This document shows, one piece after another, positions 1 to 12,514 of a DNA stretch of 64,000 nt (within the stretch, counting starts at the first letter, position 1; every line of letters starts with the position of its first letter). Origin of the DNA: Hemiscyllium ocellatum (lineage: Eukaryota); NCBI RefSeq assembly GCF_020745735.1, contig NC_083423.1, positions 15,748,001-15,812,000 of the forward strand, read 5' to 3'. The position numbers were made by a program, and so were the translations under genes. A model generated the notes under the pieces. It saw only the letters and a program-made list of their open reading frames with translations, did no database searches and was not told the DNA's origin.

Positions 1-129
1 CTTCTTAAACCAATGGCAATGTCAACAGAACTGATGTCAGGTATTATGGTTTTAAGAAGTGCAGCAGTCTTTCCCACGATCCATGGTTTTTAAAAACAGT
101 CCATCAAAAATATGGAAACACAAAATTAT

Positions 130-470
130 ATAGTCTTCTTGGGAAACCTGCAGATATTATGCTCTTAGATTTCCAAAATGCATTTGATAAGATGCTACAT
201 CCAAGGTTATTGCACAAAGTATGAACTTCTTGCAAGGAATAATATGTAAGCTAATCTATGGAATTTCATTCGTCCGAAAACTTTGTAAACTGGGTCATAG
301 AATTTATTCAAGGCTGAGTTAGATAGTGTTTTGATAGGCGAGGGAGTCATGGGTTCTTAGGGAAGACATGCAAGTGGAATTGAGATCATGGTCCGAACAT
401 CTGTGATCTCATTCACTGCAGAGTTGGCAGAAAGGGTTGAATGGACAGATCCTTCAATGACCTATGTTGC
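130..470 (+). mobile_element. Decayed CR1 LINE fragments
   Basis: LDFQNAFDKMLHPRLL (RT DF..AFD motif) followed by CR1 3'UTR-like sequence. Confidence 0.65.
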
Positions 471-692
471 TATGAATATCCAGTCATTTTGAAACATTTC
501 TTTGTTCTGGACATCATCTTCACAAATACTTTCATGTAAATTTTTGTTGCCTGGATGAATGGTGCACCAGTATCTTCAAAGAAACTTGATATCATCCAAG
601 GCAAAGCAACATTATTGCTCACCACTGTGTAAACATTCTGTCCTCCCTTCTCCGCTGCACAGTTGCAACAGTATGTCCCATCTCCTTGCCTA

Positions 693-2586
693 GGGAAGGC
701 GATGGCCACGTGGTATCATCACTAGGCTATTATATAGCATTCTGAGGACCCAGGTGTGAATTTGAATTCAACAAAAAAAAATCTGCAATTAAGAATCTAC
801 TGATACCCATGAAGTGACTGTCATAATAAAAAGGGCTGGGTCATGGAGGAAGTCTGCCAACCTCACCTGCTCGGGCTGACATGTGACTCTCGAACCACAG
901 CAATGTGGTTGACTCACAGTTGTTCTTTGACATGGCTAAGCAAGTCATTCAATTGTACCATTTGCTACAAGGTCTCAGAGAAATGAAACCAGATGAATCA
1001 TCTAGCATTGATCTGGGTATCGGAAAAGACAACAGCAGAAGCAGTCCTGTGGATCCTGCAAAGTCCTCCTTACTGATATCTGGGGGCAAGTGCCAAAATT
1101 GTGAGAGCTGTCTCACAGACTATATCCTAACAACAACCTAACGTAGTCATACCCACGGAATCAAACCTTACAGATGATGTCCCTGACACTATTATCACCA
1201 TCCCTGGAAATGTCTTGTCCCACTGGCAGGCTAGACCTGCCTGAGGTAGTATCTCAGTGGTGTACAGTCGGGAGAGAATTGCCATGAGAGTCCTCAACAT
1301 TGACTGCAGACCCCATGAAGGTTCATGGCTTCAGGTCGAACATGGGCGAGGAAACCTCCTGCTGATTATCATGTACTGTCCTCCCTCAGCCAATGAATCA
1401 GTACTCCTCCATGTTGAACAACACTTAGAGGAAGCAGTGAGGATGGCAGGAGCACAACATGTACTGTTGGTAGGTGATTTCAATGTCCACCACCAAGATT
1501 GGCTCGACAGCAGTACCATTGATCGAGCCAGTTGGGTCCGAAAGAATGTAGCTGCTGGACTCGATCTGCGGCAGGTGGTGAGGAACCAATAAGAGGGAAA
1601 ACCATACTTGACCTCATTCTTGGCAGTCTGCCCTCTGCCGATGTATCTGTCCGTGACAGTATTGGTAAGAGTCACCCGTCTTCATGCAGAGAATAACCTC
1701 CATCATGTGTGATATTATCTCCATGCCAAATAGGACAGACTTTCAAGAGATTGTGCAATTCATTTGTGATTCCTCAATCCGAAAGCAGTCCATGTCCAAA
1801 TGCAACAAAATTTAGACAATTTCCAGGCTTGAGCTTATAAGTGGCAAATTACATTCACGCCACACAAGTGCCAGACTATGACTGTCACCAAAAGAGACAA
1901 CTGCCCCTTGATGTTCAATGGTGTTACCATCACTGAATCCCCTATTGTCATCGTCCTCGAGGGTTATCATTGACCAGAAACTCAACTAAATTCACTCCAT
2001 AGACACAATGGCGATAAGAGCAGGTCAGAGGCTCCGCATGCCACCTCCTGACTCCCTAAAAAGCCAGTCCACCATCTACTCAGCACAAGTCAGGATTGTG
2101 TTAGAATGCTCCCCATTTCCCTCAATGGGTGCAGCTCCAACAACACTGAAGGTTGATACCTTTCATGACAAAGTAGCCGCTTGATTTCCACTATATCCAA
2201 AAGTATCCACTCCCTCTACCACCAACGCTCAGTAGCAGCAGTGCATACTATCTACAAGATGCACTGCAGAAATTCATCAACGACACTTCGAGAGAACCTT
2301 CCAAATGCACAACCACTTCCATCTAGAAGGACAAGGACAGCAGATATATGGGAATACCACCACCTTCACGTTCCCCTCAAAGCCACTCACCATCTTGACT
2401 TGGAAATTTATCAAACTGGATCAAAATCTTGAAATTTCCTCCATAAGGGCATTGTAGGTGAACCCACAGCAAGTGGATTGCAGTGGTTCAAGAAGGCAGC
2501 TCAGGACCACCATCTCAAGGACAACTAGGAATGGACAATAAATGCTGGCCAGCCAGCGATGCCCACATCCCACAAATGAATAAGAG
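693..2586 (+). mobile_element. CR1-group LINE with a tRNA/SINE-like 5' head, internally deleted
   Basis: APE endonuclease motifs (YCPPS, VGDFNVHH, ILDLIL); jump near 1750 to the RT C-terminus; 3' tail ...CAATAAATGCTGGCC...ATCCCACAAATGAATAA; positions 693-930 are homologous to the SINE at 50570-50880. Confidence 0.8.
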
Positions 2587-3016
2587 AAAGCATCTTTCAA
2601 CAGGAGGTTCCACTTTGTCCACATTAGTCATAGGCGTCAGAGGGTAGCGGTGAATGGATGTTTTTCAGAATGGAAGGTTGTGACTAGTGCTGTTCCACAT
2701 GAATCATTGCTGGGACCTATGCTGTTTTTAGTCTACATAAATGATTTGGAGTAAAATATACCTGGTCTAATTCATAAGTTTGCGGATGATGCAAGCATTT
2801 GTGGTGTTTTTAGTTTAGATTAGATTATTTAGGCTGAAGGGCCTGTTTCCACACTAACAAGTCCACACCGACCCGCCCCCACCCAGACCCATTCGACTGC
2901 AAGAAGGCTTCTCAGAGGATACAGCAGAATATGGATCAATTGGAGGCATGGGCGGAGAAATGGCAAATAGAGTTTAATCTGGACAAAAATGAAGTGAGGC
3001 ATTTTGTAAGATTAAG

Positions 3017-3131
3017 GCTCATGCCCGAAACGTCGACTCTCCTGCTCCTTGGATGCTGCCTGACCTGCTGCGCTTTTCCAGCAACACATTTTCAGCTCTG
3101 GTCTCCAGCATCTGCAGTCCTCACTTTCTCC
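3017..3131 (+). mobile_element. Penelope-derived terminal fragment
   Basis: Same sequence as the end of the Penelope at 39866-39950; 12-bp TSD TG(T/G)AAGATTAAG at 3005-3016 and 3132-3143. Confidence 0.8.
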
Positions 3132-3342
3132 TGGAAGATTAAGTACAGTTGGAAATTATACATGGAATGGCAGAACCCTTGGCAGTATTGATATGCAGAG
3201 GGATCTGTGTGTCCCGGTCCACAGATCACTGAAGGTGGCAGTGAAGGTAGATAAGGTTGTAAAAAGACCAATGGCCTGCTTGCCTTCATTGGAAGGACTA
3301 TTGAGTACAAGGATAGACAGGTGATGCTACAGCTTTGTAGAA

Positions 3343-4820
3343 TGTTTGTATCATCAATCGTCACAGGTGAGATGTCAGAAGATTGGAGGTTGGTTAACAT
3401 GGTGCTACTGTTTAAGAAGGGTGTTAAGGACAAGCCAGGGAACTATAGACCAGTGAGCCTGACCTCAGTGGTGGGCAAGTTGTTGGAGGGAATCCTGAGC
3501 GACAGGATGTACATGTATTTGGAAAGGCTGGGACTGATTTGGGATAGTCAGCATGGCTTTGTGTTTGGGAAAACATGTCTCACAAACTTGATTGAGTTTT
3601 TTGAGGAAGTAACAAAGAGGCTTGATGAGGGCAGAGCAGTAGATGTGATCTATATGGATCTCAGTAAGGCGTTCAACAAGGTTCCCCATGGGAGACTGAT
3701 TGGCAAGGTTAGATCTCACAGAATAAAGGGAGAACTAGCCATTTGGATACAGAACTAGCTCAAAGGTACAAGATAGAGGGTGGTGCAGGAGGGTTGTTTT
3801 TCAGACTGGAGGCCTGTGACCAGTGGAGTGCCACAAGGATCAGTGCTGGGTCCACTACTTTTTGTCATTTACATAAATGATTTGGATGCGAGCAGAAGAG
3901 GTATAGTTAGTAAGTTTGCAGATGACACCAAAATTGGAGGTGTAGTGGACAGCGAAGAGGGTTACCTCAGATTACAACAGGATCTTGACCAGATGGGCCA
4001 ATGGGCTGAGAAGTGGCAGATGGAGTTTAATTCTGATAAATGCAAGGTGCTGCATTTTGGGAAAGCAAATCTTAGCAGGACTTATACACTTAATGGTAAG
4101 GCCCTAGAGAGTGTTTCTGAACAAAGAGACCTTGGAGTGCAGGTTCATAGCTCCTTGAAAGTGGAGTTGCAGGCAGATAGGATAGTGAAGAAGGTGTTTG
4201 GTAAACTTTCCTTTATTGGTCAGAGTATTGGTTACAGGAGTTGGGAGGTCATGTTGCAGCAGTACAGTACATTAGTTCGGCCACTGTTGGAATATTGCAT
4301 GCCATTCCGGTCTCCTTCCTATTGGAAAGATGTTGTAAAACTTGAAAGGGTTCAGAAAAGATTTACAAGGATGTTGCCATGGTCGGAGGATTTGAGTTAT
4401 AGGAAGAGGCTGGAGCTGTTTTCCCTGGAGTGTCGAAGGCTGAGGGGTGACCTTATATAGTGGTTTACAAAATTATGAGGGGCATGGATAGGGGAAATAG
4501 ACAAAGTCTTTTCCCTGGGGTCGGGGAGTCCCGAACTAGAGGGCATAGGGTGAGAGGGGAAAGATATAAAAGAGACCTAAGGGGCAACTTTTTCACGCAG
4601 AGTGTGGTACGTGTATGGAATGAGCTGCCAGTGGAAGTGATGGAGGCTGATATAATTGCAACATTTAAGAGGCATTTGGATGGGTATATGAATAGGAAGG
4701 ATTTGTAGGGATATGGGTCGGGTGCTGGCAGGTGGAACTAGATTGGGTTGGGATATCTGGTTGGCATGGACAAGTTGGACTGAAGGTTCAGTTTCCACAC
4801 TGTACATCTCTATGACTCTA
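3343..4820 (+). mobile_element. Younger 5'-truncated CR1 LINE (ORF2 RT plus 3'UTR)
   Basis: PGNYRPVSLTS, SQHGF, GVPQGSVLGPLLF, KFADDTK; ends in CTCTATGACTCTA terminal repeat. Confidence 0.93.
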
Positions 4821-5507
4821 GGTAGGTCCCAATTGGAATATTGCATATATTTCTGGTCACCACGCCATCAGAAGGATGTGGATGCTTTGGAGAGGGTACA
4901 GGCAAGGTTTACCAGGATGTTGCCTGGTATGGGGGATTTTAGCTATGAAGAAAGTTTGGATAGACTGGGTTTGTTTTCACTAGAATTCAGGAGGTTATTG
5001 GGTGACCTGATGTAAGATTGTGGATGGCATGGATGGAGTGGGAAGTATGAAGATTTTTTCTGGCATGGAGGGATTAATTACTGAGGGACACAGGCTTAAG
5101 GTGTAAGCTTTTTCCTGGGGTAGAAGGGTTAATTACCAGAGAACATTGGTTTAAGGTGAGAGGGCCGGGATGTTTCACAGATGTGCGAGTTCAGTTTTCA
5201 CAGAAAGGGTGATGAGTGCCTGGAACATGCTGCTAGAGAAGCTGGTGGAAGCACACACAATAGTAGCATTCAAGAAGTGCCTTGACAAATACATTAATAG
5301 GAAGGGAATCAAGGGGTATGGATCCTCTCAGTGAAGACCGTTTTAGTATGGAAGGGCACAATATTTTGGCGCAGGCTTGGAGGGCCTAAAGGCCTATTCC
5401 TGTGTTGCATTATTTTTCTTTGTTCTTTGAAATAAATGGGCAGCAGCAAGGGGATGCCACCACCTGTATGTTTATCTCCAAGCAACGTACCATCCTAATA
5501 ACATCGG

Positions 5508-6125
5508 AAAAAACTATGGATGCTGTAAATCAGAAACCAAAGCAGAAAATGCTGGAAAAACTTGGCAGGTCTGGCAGCACCTATGAAGAGAAATCAGAGT
5601 TTACGTTTCAGGTCTGCACCTTTATTCTGTCACAGCTGTATAAAACTTTAGTTAGACCACATTGTAATGTGTGCAGTTCTTGTTGCTGCGCTGCCAGAAG
5701 AATGTGGACACTTTGGAAAGAGTACAGAGAAGGTTTACCAGGATGTTGCTTGGTTTGAAGGGTTTTGAGTATTAGAAGAGTTTGGATAAAGTTGGATTGT
5801 TTCCACTGGCAAGATGGAGGCTGAGACCAACCTGATAGAGGTCTACAAAATTGAGAGGCATAGATAGGGTTGGTAGAAGCTTTTTCCCAAATGGAAAGGT
5901 CAATGACAAGAGCTCTTGAGTTCAAGATGAATGGGGAAAAGCTTAGGGGAGAAGTGAGGGGAAGGTTTCTCAGAGAGTGATGATTGCTTGGAACGCACTG
6001 CCAGTTGAGGTGGTGGAAGGAGGCACATGAGCAACCTTTAAGGTGTCTCTTGATAGACATCTTAGGAATCTGCACAGGCCTTTTGGGCCTAAGGACCTGC
6101 TCCTGTACTATAATGTTCTTTGTTT
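5508..6125 (+). mobile_element. Penelope terminal fragment (~5508-5615) followed by a CR1 3' fragment
   Basis: GCTGGAAAAACTTGGCAGGTCTGGCAGC motif, then QLYKTLVRPH and a CR1 tail. Confidence 0.7.
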
Positions 6126-6690
6126 TTAAGGATAATTGCCAGTTGGCAACAGATGTTGGCCTTATAAGCAGAGGCATGTTCAATAAAAAGATAGACTATT
6201 TTGAGACACGCGAGTCACATCAGAAAATACCATTTTTGAAAAGCTGACTGTTATCGACTTGTGTTTTTTAATTAAACCTGTGTTCTTGTTGCTTTGGAAA
6301 TTGGTTTTATTAAGTATGACATTCGGGTCATGGATGGCATGGATCATAGTATAGCAAGGCTATGCTGCAAGAATTGTAATTTACTGTTCTCCCTGCTTTG
6401 TTAACCTTCACAGTGCTCAATTACTCTGCTGCTTATTGGTTTCTATGTTCCTTGCATTCTCAGTACTCCATTCCGATATCAGGCATCCTCTCCAGACGTG
6501 AAACATTGTCAGTTAAAAGTAGAATTACACTGTAATAGAATTATTCTGAGAAGTATGATTTTGTCAAATGCTTTAAAGTAGAATATTTTTGCTGTGTAAA
6601 ATATTCTTAATTGAAGAAATCACAAAAGACAAATGTTGTAACAGTCAACGTAAAAAATACAAGTTGTGAACAATTATATGAAATTAAACA

Positions 6691-6913
6691 CTGAGCTGAA
6701 AAATGTGTTGTTGGAAAAGCGCAACAGGTCAGGCAGCATCCAAGGAGCAGGAGAATCGACGTTTCGGGCATAAGCCCTTCAGGATTCCTGAAGAAGGGCT
6801 TATGCCCGAAACACCGATTCTCCTGCTCCTTGGATGCTGCCTGACCTGCTGCGCCTTTTCAGCAACACATTTTTCAGCTCTGATCTCCAGCACCTGCAGT
6901 CCTCACTTTCTCC
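6691..6913. mobile_element. Foldback Penelope-derived mini element
   Basis: ~90-bp inverted arms centred near 6784; perfect 14-bp TSD TATGAAATTAAACA at 6677-6690 and 6914-6927. Confidence 0.9.
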
Positions 6914-9044
6914 TATGAAATTAAACATATTTCCTTTTGACAACATTCTGCGGATTCTTCTCCAGTTAACTATTGTTTTATCTACTTATAGTCATGATGC
7001 TTTTAATTTGTCACAACCAAAATCCTGTCCATGGTTATATTCTTTTTGGGTGAAGTACATTGCGATTTCTTGATGCAGAAATTATTTTTTGTGGTTCCTA
7101 CTCCAATTCACCTTGGTGTGCCCTGGAGACCTAAGTGAATTTTTTTTTTGTATTTATGTTGTTGGCTTAAATGGTGCCAGAAATGTTCAAGCTAAGTTGT
7201 GCACATTGTTGAATGAGGTGCAACATTATTGGGGTTTTAACAGCAGTGATGAAAGGCGTGTAATTTATTTAATTGTCCGATTTTTCGAGTTCACATTTTA
7301 AAAAGTTAGCGTATGAGTAATGGTTACTTCTGTGAAGGGTTTAAGAAAAAGATCAGACAGCCCTACCAGCACAGTAGCCTAGTCCATGTTGTGTCATAGA
7401 GCAAGTGATTGTGAACTCCTAGAATGTTTGTGGAAACTTGTTTATGCTAGAATGGTTTGTGGCAGATTTTAACTTTTTTGCACTTTAGAATAATCAAGTT
7501 TTTTTTTGTTGATAAACTTCAGATATTGCAAGTTTTTTGGGCAGTTAGGAAAAGACTGGCCTCAAAAGTACTGTCATTCTCCTGTTGCAGAGGTCTTTCT
7601 TTTTGGACTGTGTCTTAAAATGGACGAAGATAGAGCTTTAAGCTAAGAAAAATGTAAAAAATAAATTTGCAGTTTTAAAATAAGTTAATGGAGCGCATTT
7701 TTTACAATGTTGCCTTAATGGAGCAAGGAAGGGCAACTCCAGACAAACTGACACTCAATGCGTGTGTGTATGTTTAGGTTTAGGGAAATTCTGCATGGAT
7801 GCAGATTTGGCTTTTCAGTTGGTCCGAGCTGTGAGCTCAGAAGAGCAATAACACCCATGAAGCTTTGTATCTTCCAAGACAAAACAAATCATTTGATGGG
7901 CACCACATACACCTCTTGAAGTATACATTGAAAGTTGTCAACAGTACTTTTGGGCCATCTACAAGACATACTGCAGCAACTTACCTATGCTCCCTTTTCA
8001 GCCCCTCCAAACCATGACCTCTTACATGAAGTGCAGGCTTGGCAGGGATCATGACATTACAGTTGGCCTTCTAAATCTAAAAGAATACCTGTATTTCTGG
8101 AGTGCTTTTAAACCAGATATACATATTATTGAAGGAAATTTGACACTAAACCAAATAAGGGAGATAGGAAGACAAATGATTAAACACTCGGTTAAGGAGA
8201 TATATTTCAGGACTGTCCTAAAAGAGGAGAGAGAGACTGCTTATGAAGTAGAGAGGTTTTGTGAAGGAATTCTGATACTGTGGGTCCTGGCAATTGAAGG
8301 CCAACAATGTTTGACTGAGCAAATTTGCAATGTTGATGAGACAGATTATAAATTCAGTTAGTTGTTGAGGTAGGCATGTTAACAGAGTTATAAAGGTGCT
8401 AAGTCATGACGGGATATGAGACATGCATCAGAATTATATTACCAGACAAGGAACTGATGTGGGTCATTGGGCGTGCGGATGATTGGTGAATGGGAAATAA
8501 ACAGAGAGGAGAAACTGTGAAGAAAGAACCAGAGCTAACATTTCGCTCTATAGATGCTGCCAGATTGGTTGAGGTTCTCCAACATTTTATTTAAAATTTC
8601 CAGAATCTGCAGTTTTGCTTTTATATAGGGAAAAGGGACTTGGTTTGAGTGAGGATACGAGCAGCAAAACTTTGTATGCACTTCAGTTTGTGAAGGGTGT
8701 CAAATTGGAAGCCTGTTCGTTTGGGGCACTGAATGAAAACCCCAAACGAACTGAATGTTCAAAAAAATCTACATCCGAAAAGAAAACTGGCAATCATTCA
8801 ATTCAGGTTCCAGCTTCATCATTCTCAGGTTTTGAGCAACTTCTGATTTATGAAAACAGAGTGAGTGAATCAAACCAACGATGCACTTGTATGATACTGA
8901 GAGTTTCTTCATGATTAAGTAGTTAATCTGAAGAGTTAATTAACAATTTTTTACAAATGGTAGCAGACCTAAAAATGCTACTCATTGAAGATTTTAAATC
9001 ACTGCTATGTGAGCACTATACCATGTTCACCAAGTCTCTGGGTC

Positions 9045-9912
9045 ATAAAATCATAGGGTCATACAACATGGAAACAGATCCATCAGTATAAACAGTCTGT
9101 GCCAAATGTAATCCCAAAAAAACTAGTCCAACCTGCCTGCTCCTGGCCCATATCTCTCCAAACCTTTCCTATTCATGTCCTGAACCAAATGTCTTAGATT
9201 AGATTACTTAGCGTGGAAACAGGCTCTTCGGCCCAACAAGTCCACACTGACCCGCCGAAGCGCACCCATTCCCTTACATTTACCCCTGCACCTAACACTA
9301 CAGGTAATTTAGCGTGGCCAATTCACCTAACCTGCATATTTTTGGACTGGGAGGAAACCGGAGCACCCGGAGGAAACCCATGCAGACACGGGGAGAATGT
9401 GCAAACTCCACACAGTCACTCGCCTGAGGCAGGAACTGAACCCGGGTCTCTGGTGCTGTGAGGCAGCAGTGCTAACCACTGTGCCACCATGCCGTCTTTT
9501 GAACGTTGTAATTGTACCTGCATCCACCATTTCCTCAGGAAGTTTATTCCATACGTGAGACACCCTCTACACAAAAGAAACATTGTCCTCCCATGTATTT
9601 TTTACATCTGTCTCCTCCCACCTTAAAAAATGTGCCCCCTCGTCTAGAAATCCCCTGTTCTTGTGAAAAGACAATGACCATTAACTCTATCTGTGCCTCT
9701 TATTATTTTATAAATTTCTATCAGGTCATCTCTCAACCTCCTACGCTCCAGAAAAACAAAGGTCCCAGTCTGGCAAATTCCTGGTGATCCTCTTCTGAAC
9801 CCTCTCCAGCTTAATAATATCTTTCCTATAACTAGGTAACCAGAACTGGACACAATATTCCAGAAGAGGTCTCACCAATGTCCTGTACAACCTCAACATG
9901 ACCTCCCAACCT
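9045..9912 (-). mobile_element. CR1 3' fragment interrupted by a SINE
   Basis: LERRRLRDDLIEIYKIIRG and VWNKLPEEMVDAGT on the minus strand. Confidence 0.85.
9196..9493 (-). mobile_element. HE1-like (V-SINE) tRNA-derived SINE
   Basis: A/B-box head, V-domain core, (TAATC)n tail; 5-bp TSD GTCTT. Confidence 0.9.
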
Positions 9913-10087
9913 GTATTGAGAAATGTTTATGTCGTCCTATGTCACTTTAGCAATGTTATTCAGTTAAAAAACAGGGAGCTTTAGCAGTCACACAACCATT
10001 TGGTTCAATATATCCCTTTGAAGTGAGGTCCCTTTGGGATCCAAATATTTGATTTGAGTATCTGAATTTGGATGTGTTGCTTTGCAG

Positions 10088-10184
10088 GAGGAGCTGATGA
10101 CAATCTAATTGAAGGAGGAGGCACGAAGTTCGTTTGCAAACCTGGAGCTCGGAACATCACCGTTATCTTCCATCCGTTGCTAAG
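10088..10184 (+). CDS. EXOC4: Internal coding exon of exocyst complex component 4 (Sec8), 97 bp; probably equivalent to human exon 10
   Basis: Preceded by acceptor tttgcAG and followed by donor GTatca. Translates as (G)[31 protein letters not shown](R), matching the vertebrate EXOC4 peptide as I recall it ([33 protein letters not shown]). Neighbouring exons were not found in the window. Confidence 0.95.
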
Positions 10185-12194
10185 GTATCACGTTTGTCAA
10201 AAAGCGAGATATGGATATTTTTATTGCCTGAAACTCTTTTGGTGTACAAACTGCTTTCAATTGATGGCCTTTTGGTATTAGAAATAATTTTTGTACTTGA
10301 AAATAATTTGATCCTATTCATAATTTTAATAATCCCACAACAAGTAATCAAGAAATATAGAAATATTATTTGACAATGTAGAAGAGCAATATTTCTGATT
10401 CATCATAATGTCCTTTTCAAATTAAATTCAGCATTGCTGAACAAAGTTGCTTAGTTCTTGCAAGGCATAAAGTTTGACAAATTTATCCCCTTCTTATCTC
10501 TATGAAGATTTCTTGGGTATTGCAGCTAAGGTCAGGGACTTGATGTGCATTGAAAAATTGGAATCCTCACAATTTGAGATGCAGCAAGTGATAACATGGG
10601 CAGGGCACACTATTACCCTGCACAAACAAACTGTCTTCGTTTCTCAGTTTCTGTTTCATTACTATCTGTTTTAAAACTTCGACCTGAAGAAACTGTTATT
10701 TGAGTTTATTTGCAGACAACTGTTAGCAACTCCAACAATTCTCACATCGCGAATCAAATGGCCACCTGCAGTACTTGGAGGGAAAGATGAATATCCATTC
10801 GCCATATCCCATTGCATTGAATTTTCTCTCCTTTTTTTTGATCCTTTGGGCTTTCTGTGGGTGACAGCCAGTTAAGGCTGAATTAACAGTGCGTTAAGAC
10901 TGGCTTTGGAATCATGCTGATTCCAAACTCAATTAAAACTGCCAAAATTTACTTTGATTAGAACCTTTAGCAGCTGGTGGAGCAAGGAAATCTTGATGCC
11001 ACCTGTTCTGTATAGAATTTCTGTGTAGGTTCCAGCAGTTTAAGATTTGTTCCAGCACACTTACCTTTTGCACCCATTTAATTATTTTCAACAAAAGCAG
11101 AAGGAAATAAACTTGGAAGTAGATTTTATGCCCATGTTTATGTTAATTCTCTTGGTTGCATTAAAACTGTGCTTTATCCCCATGCTTTCCTCCTTAGTCA
11201 GTTTAGTTGCTGAGGGTGGATTTCAGATGTTTAATAACCTTCTCAAGGGCGATTATTAATGAGCAACAATTGTTGACTTTGCTGGTGATAATGTCACTCC
11301 AATAAGAATTTTTAAAATCGGTGGCTCACTACCACTTTCTCAAGGGCAGTTTGCAACTGGCAACGCATGCTGGCCGAATCAATAATGCTGACATTACATG
11401 AGAGAATACTAAACATCAGTCCAGGTGAAATGTGAATAGGCAGAATCAGTCTGAAATTCAATGATTTGCTTTACTGATGCTAAAACAAGTATGGAAACAA
11501 ATTTGAAAAGAGTTATTCTCTTGTAATTATGCATGTCCAACATCCAATTTTTATCAAAAAATATAATAACTGAATTATACTTAAACTCCAAACTTGGGGA
11601 AAAATAACATACAGAATGAGACTCAATTAGAACATAGAAGTTTCATCATAGTTAAGGTAGGAGCTTGGAGATGAGCTCCTGAATGTTGTACACCAGTTGC
11701 AAGATGTAATTGCAGTCCTACCAGTTTACAGCTGGCCACATTTATATTGATGAAATCTTATGATTTTGTGGGAATAAATGATCAAACTGTATTTCAGTTA
11801 CAGTTGTTGATTTGAGGTAATATTCATGAAATGGTGTTTTTCTAATGATTGCAAATGCTGTAATCTCAGCATGTTATTGATAGAAGCTGTGTGCTCTTGG
11901 AGGTGCGTTTGAAGGGTTACTTGTTAAGAACCAGCCAACTCCAAATCATATCTTGAGTATTGACCATAAGCTGATATTCAATAAAAGAATAGAAAATAGT
12001 AGCTGACTTGCAATCAAGAGTGGTAATAAAATGGGTCTTTTCCACATGATAGGCAGTGACTTAATAGGGTAATGTAAGGACATATAAACAACCTGGACAA
12101 AGGAACCAAATGCAACGTTTCTAAGCTTGGTGGTGACGCAACTGGGTGTTGTTGTGAGTTGTGAGCAAAATGCAAGGAGGCTCCAGTTGAGTTT

Positions 12195-12514
12195 TAGATT
12201 TGATTAGATTACTTAGTGTGGAAACAGGCCCTTCGGCCCAACAAGTCCACACCGACCCGCCGAAGCGCAATCCACCCAGACCCATTCCCTTACATTTACC
12301 CCTTCACCTAACACTGCGGGCAATTTAGCATGGCCAATTCACCTAACCTGCACATTTTTGGATTGTGGGAGGAAACCGGAGCACCTGGAGGAAACCCACG
12401 CAGGCACAGGGAGAATGTGCAAATTCCACACACACGAGTTGCCTGAGGCGGGAATTGAACCCAGGTCTCTGATGCTGAGGCAGCAGTGCTAACCACTGTG
12501 CCACTGTACCGCCC
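12195..12514 (-). mobile_element. HE1-like SINE
   Basis: Full-length match to the copies at 9196 and 57550. Confidence 0.9.

Larger units (their letters stand above)
2625..5428 (+). mobile_element. Older CR1 LINE 3' part (pieces ~2625-3342 and ~4821-5428) hosting three nested insertions
   Basis: RT pieces (QRV, KFADDA, W..KWQIEFN) resume after each insertion; LEYCIYFWSP...LERVQARFTRMLPG after 4821; CR1 3' tail. Confidence 0.8.

Noticed and set aside
6691-6913. MITE or pre-miRNA
   Set aside because: The arms match Penelope terminal sequence at 39866-39950, the element is asymmetric, and the 14-bp TSD does not fit common cut-and-paste families.
7987-8361. ORF ending EQICNVDET, resembling the pogo/Tigger QIFNVDETG motif
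   Set aside because: Isolated short match with no other DDE motifs or TIRs; the surrounding sequence looks like an antisense decayed L2 3' region.
10072-10281. 69-aa ORF as a standalone gene
   Set aside because: Only 10088-10184 matches EXOC4 and is bounded by AG/GT; the rest is intron read-through.
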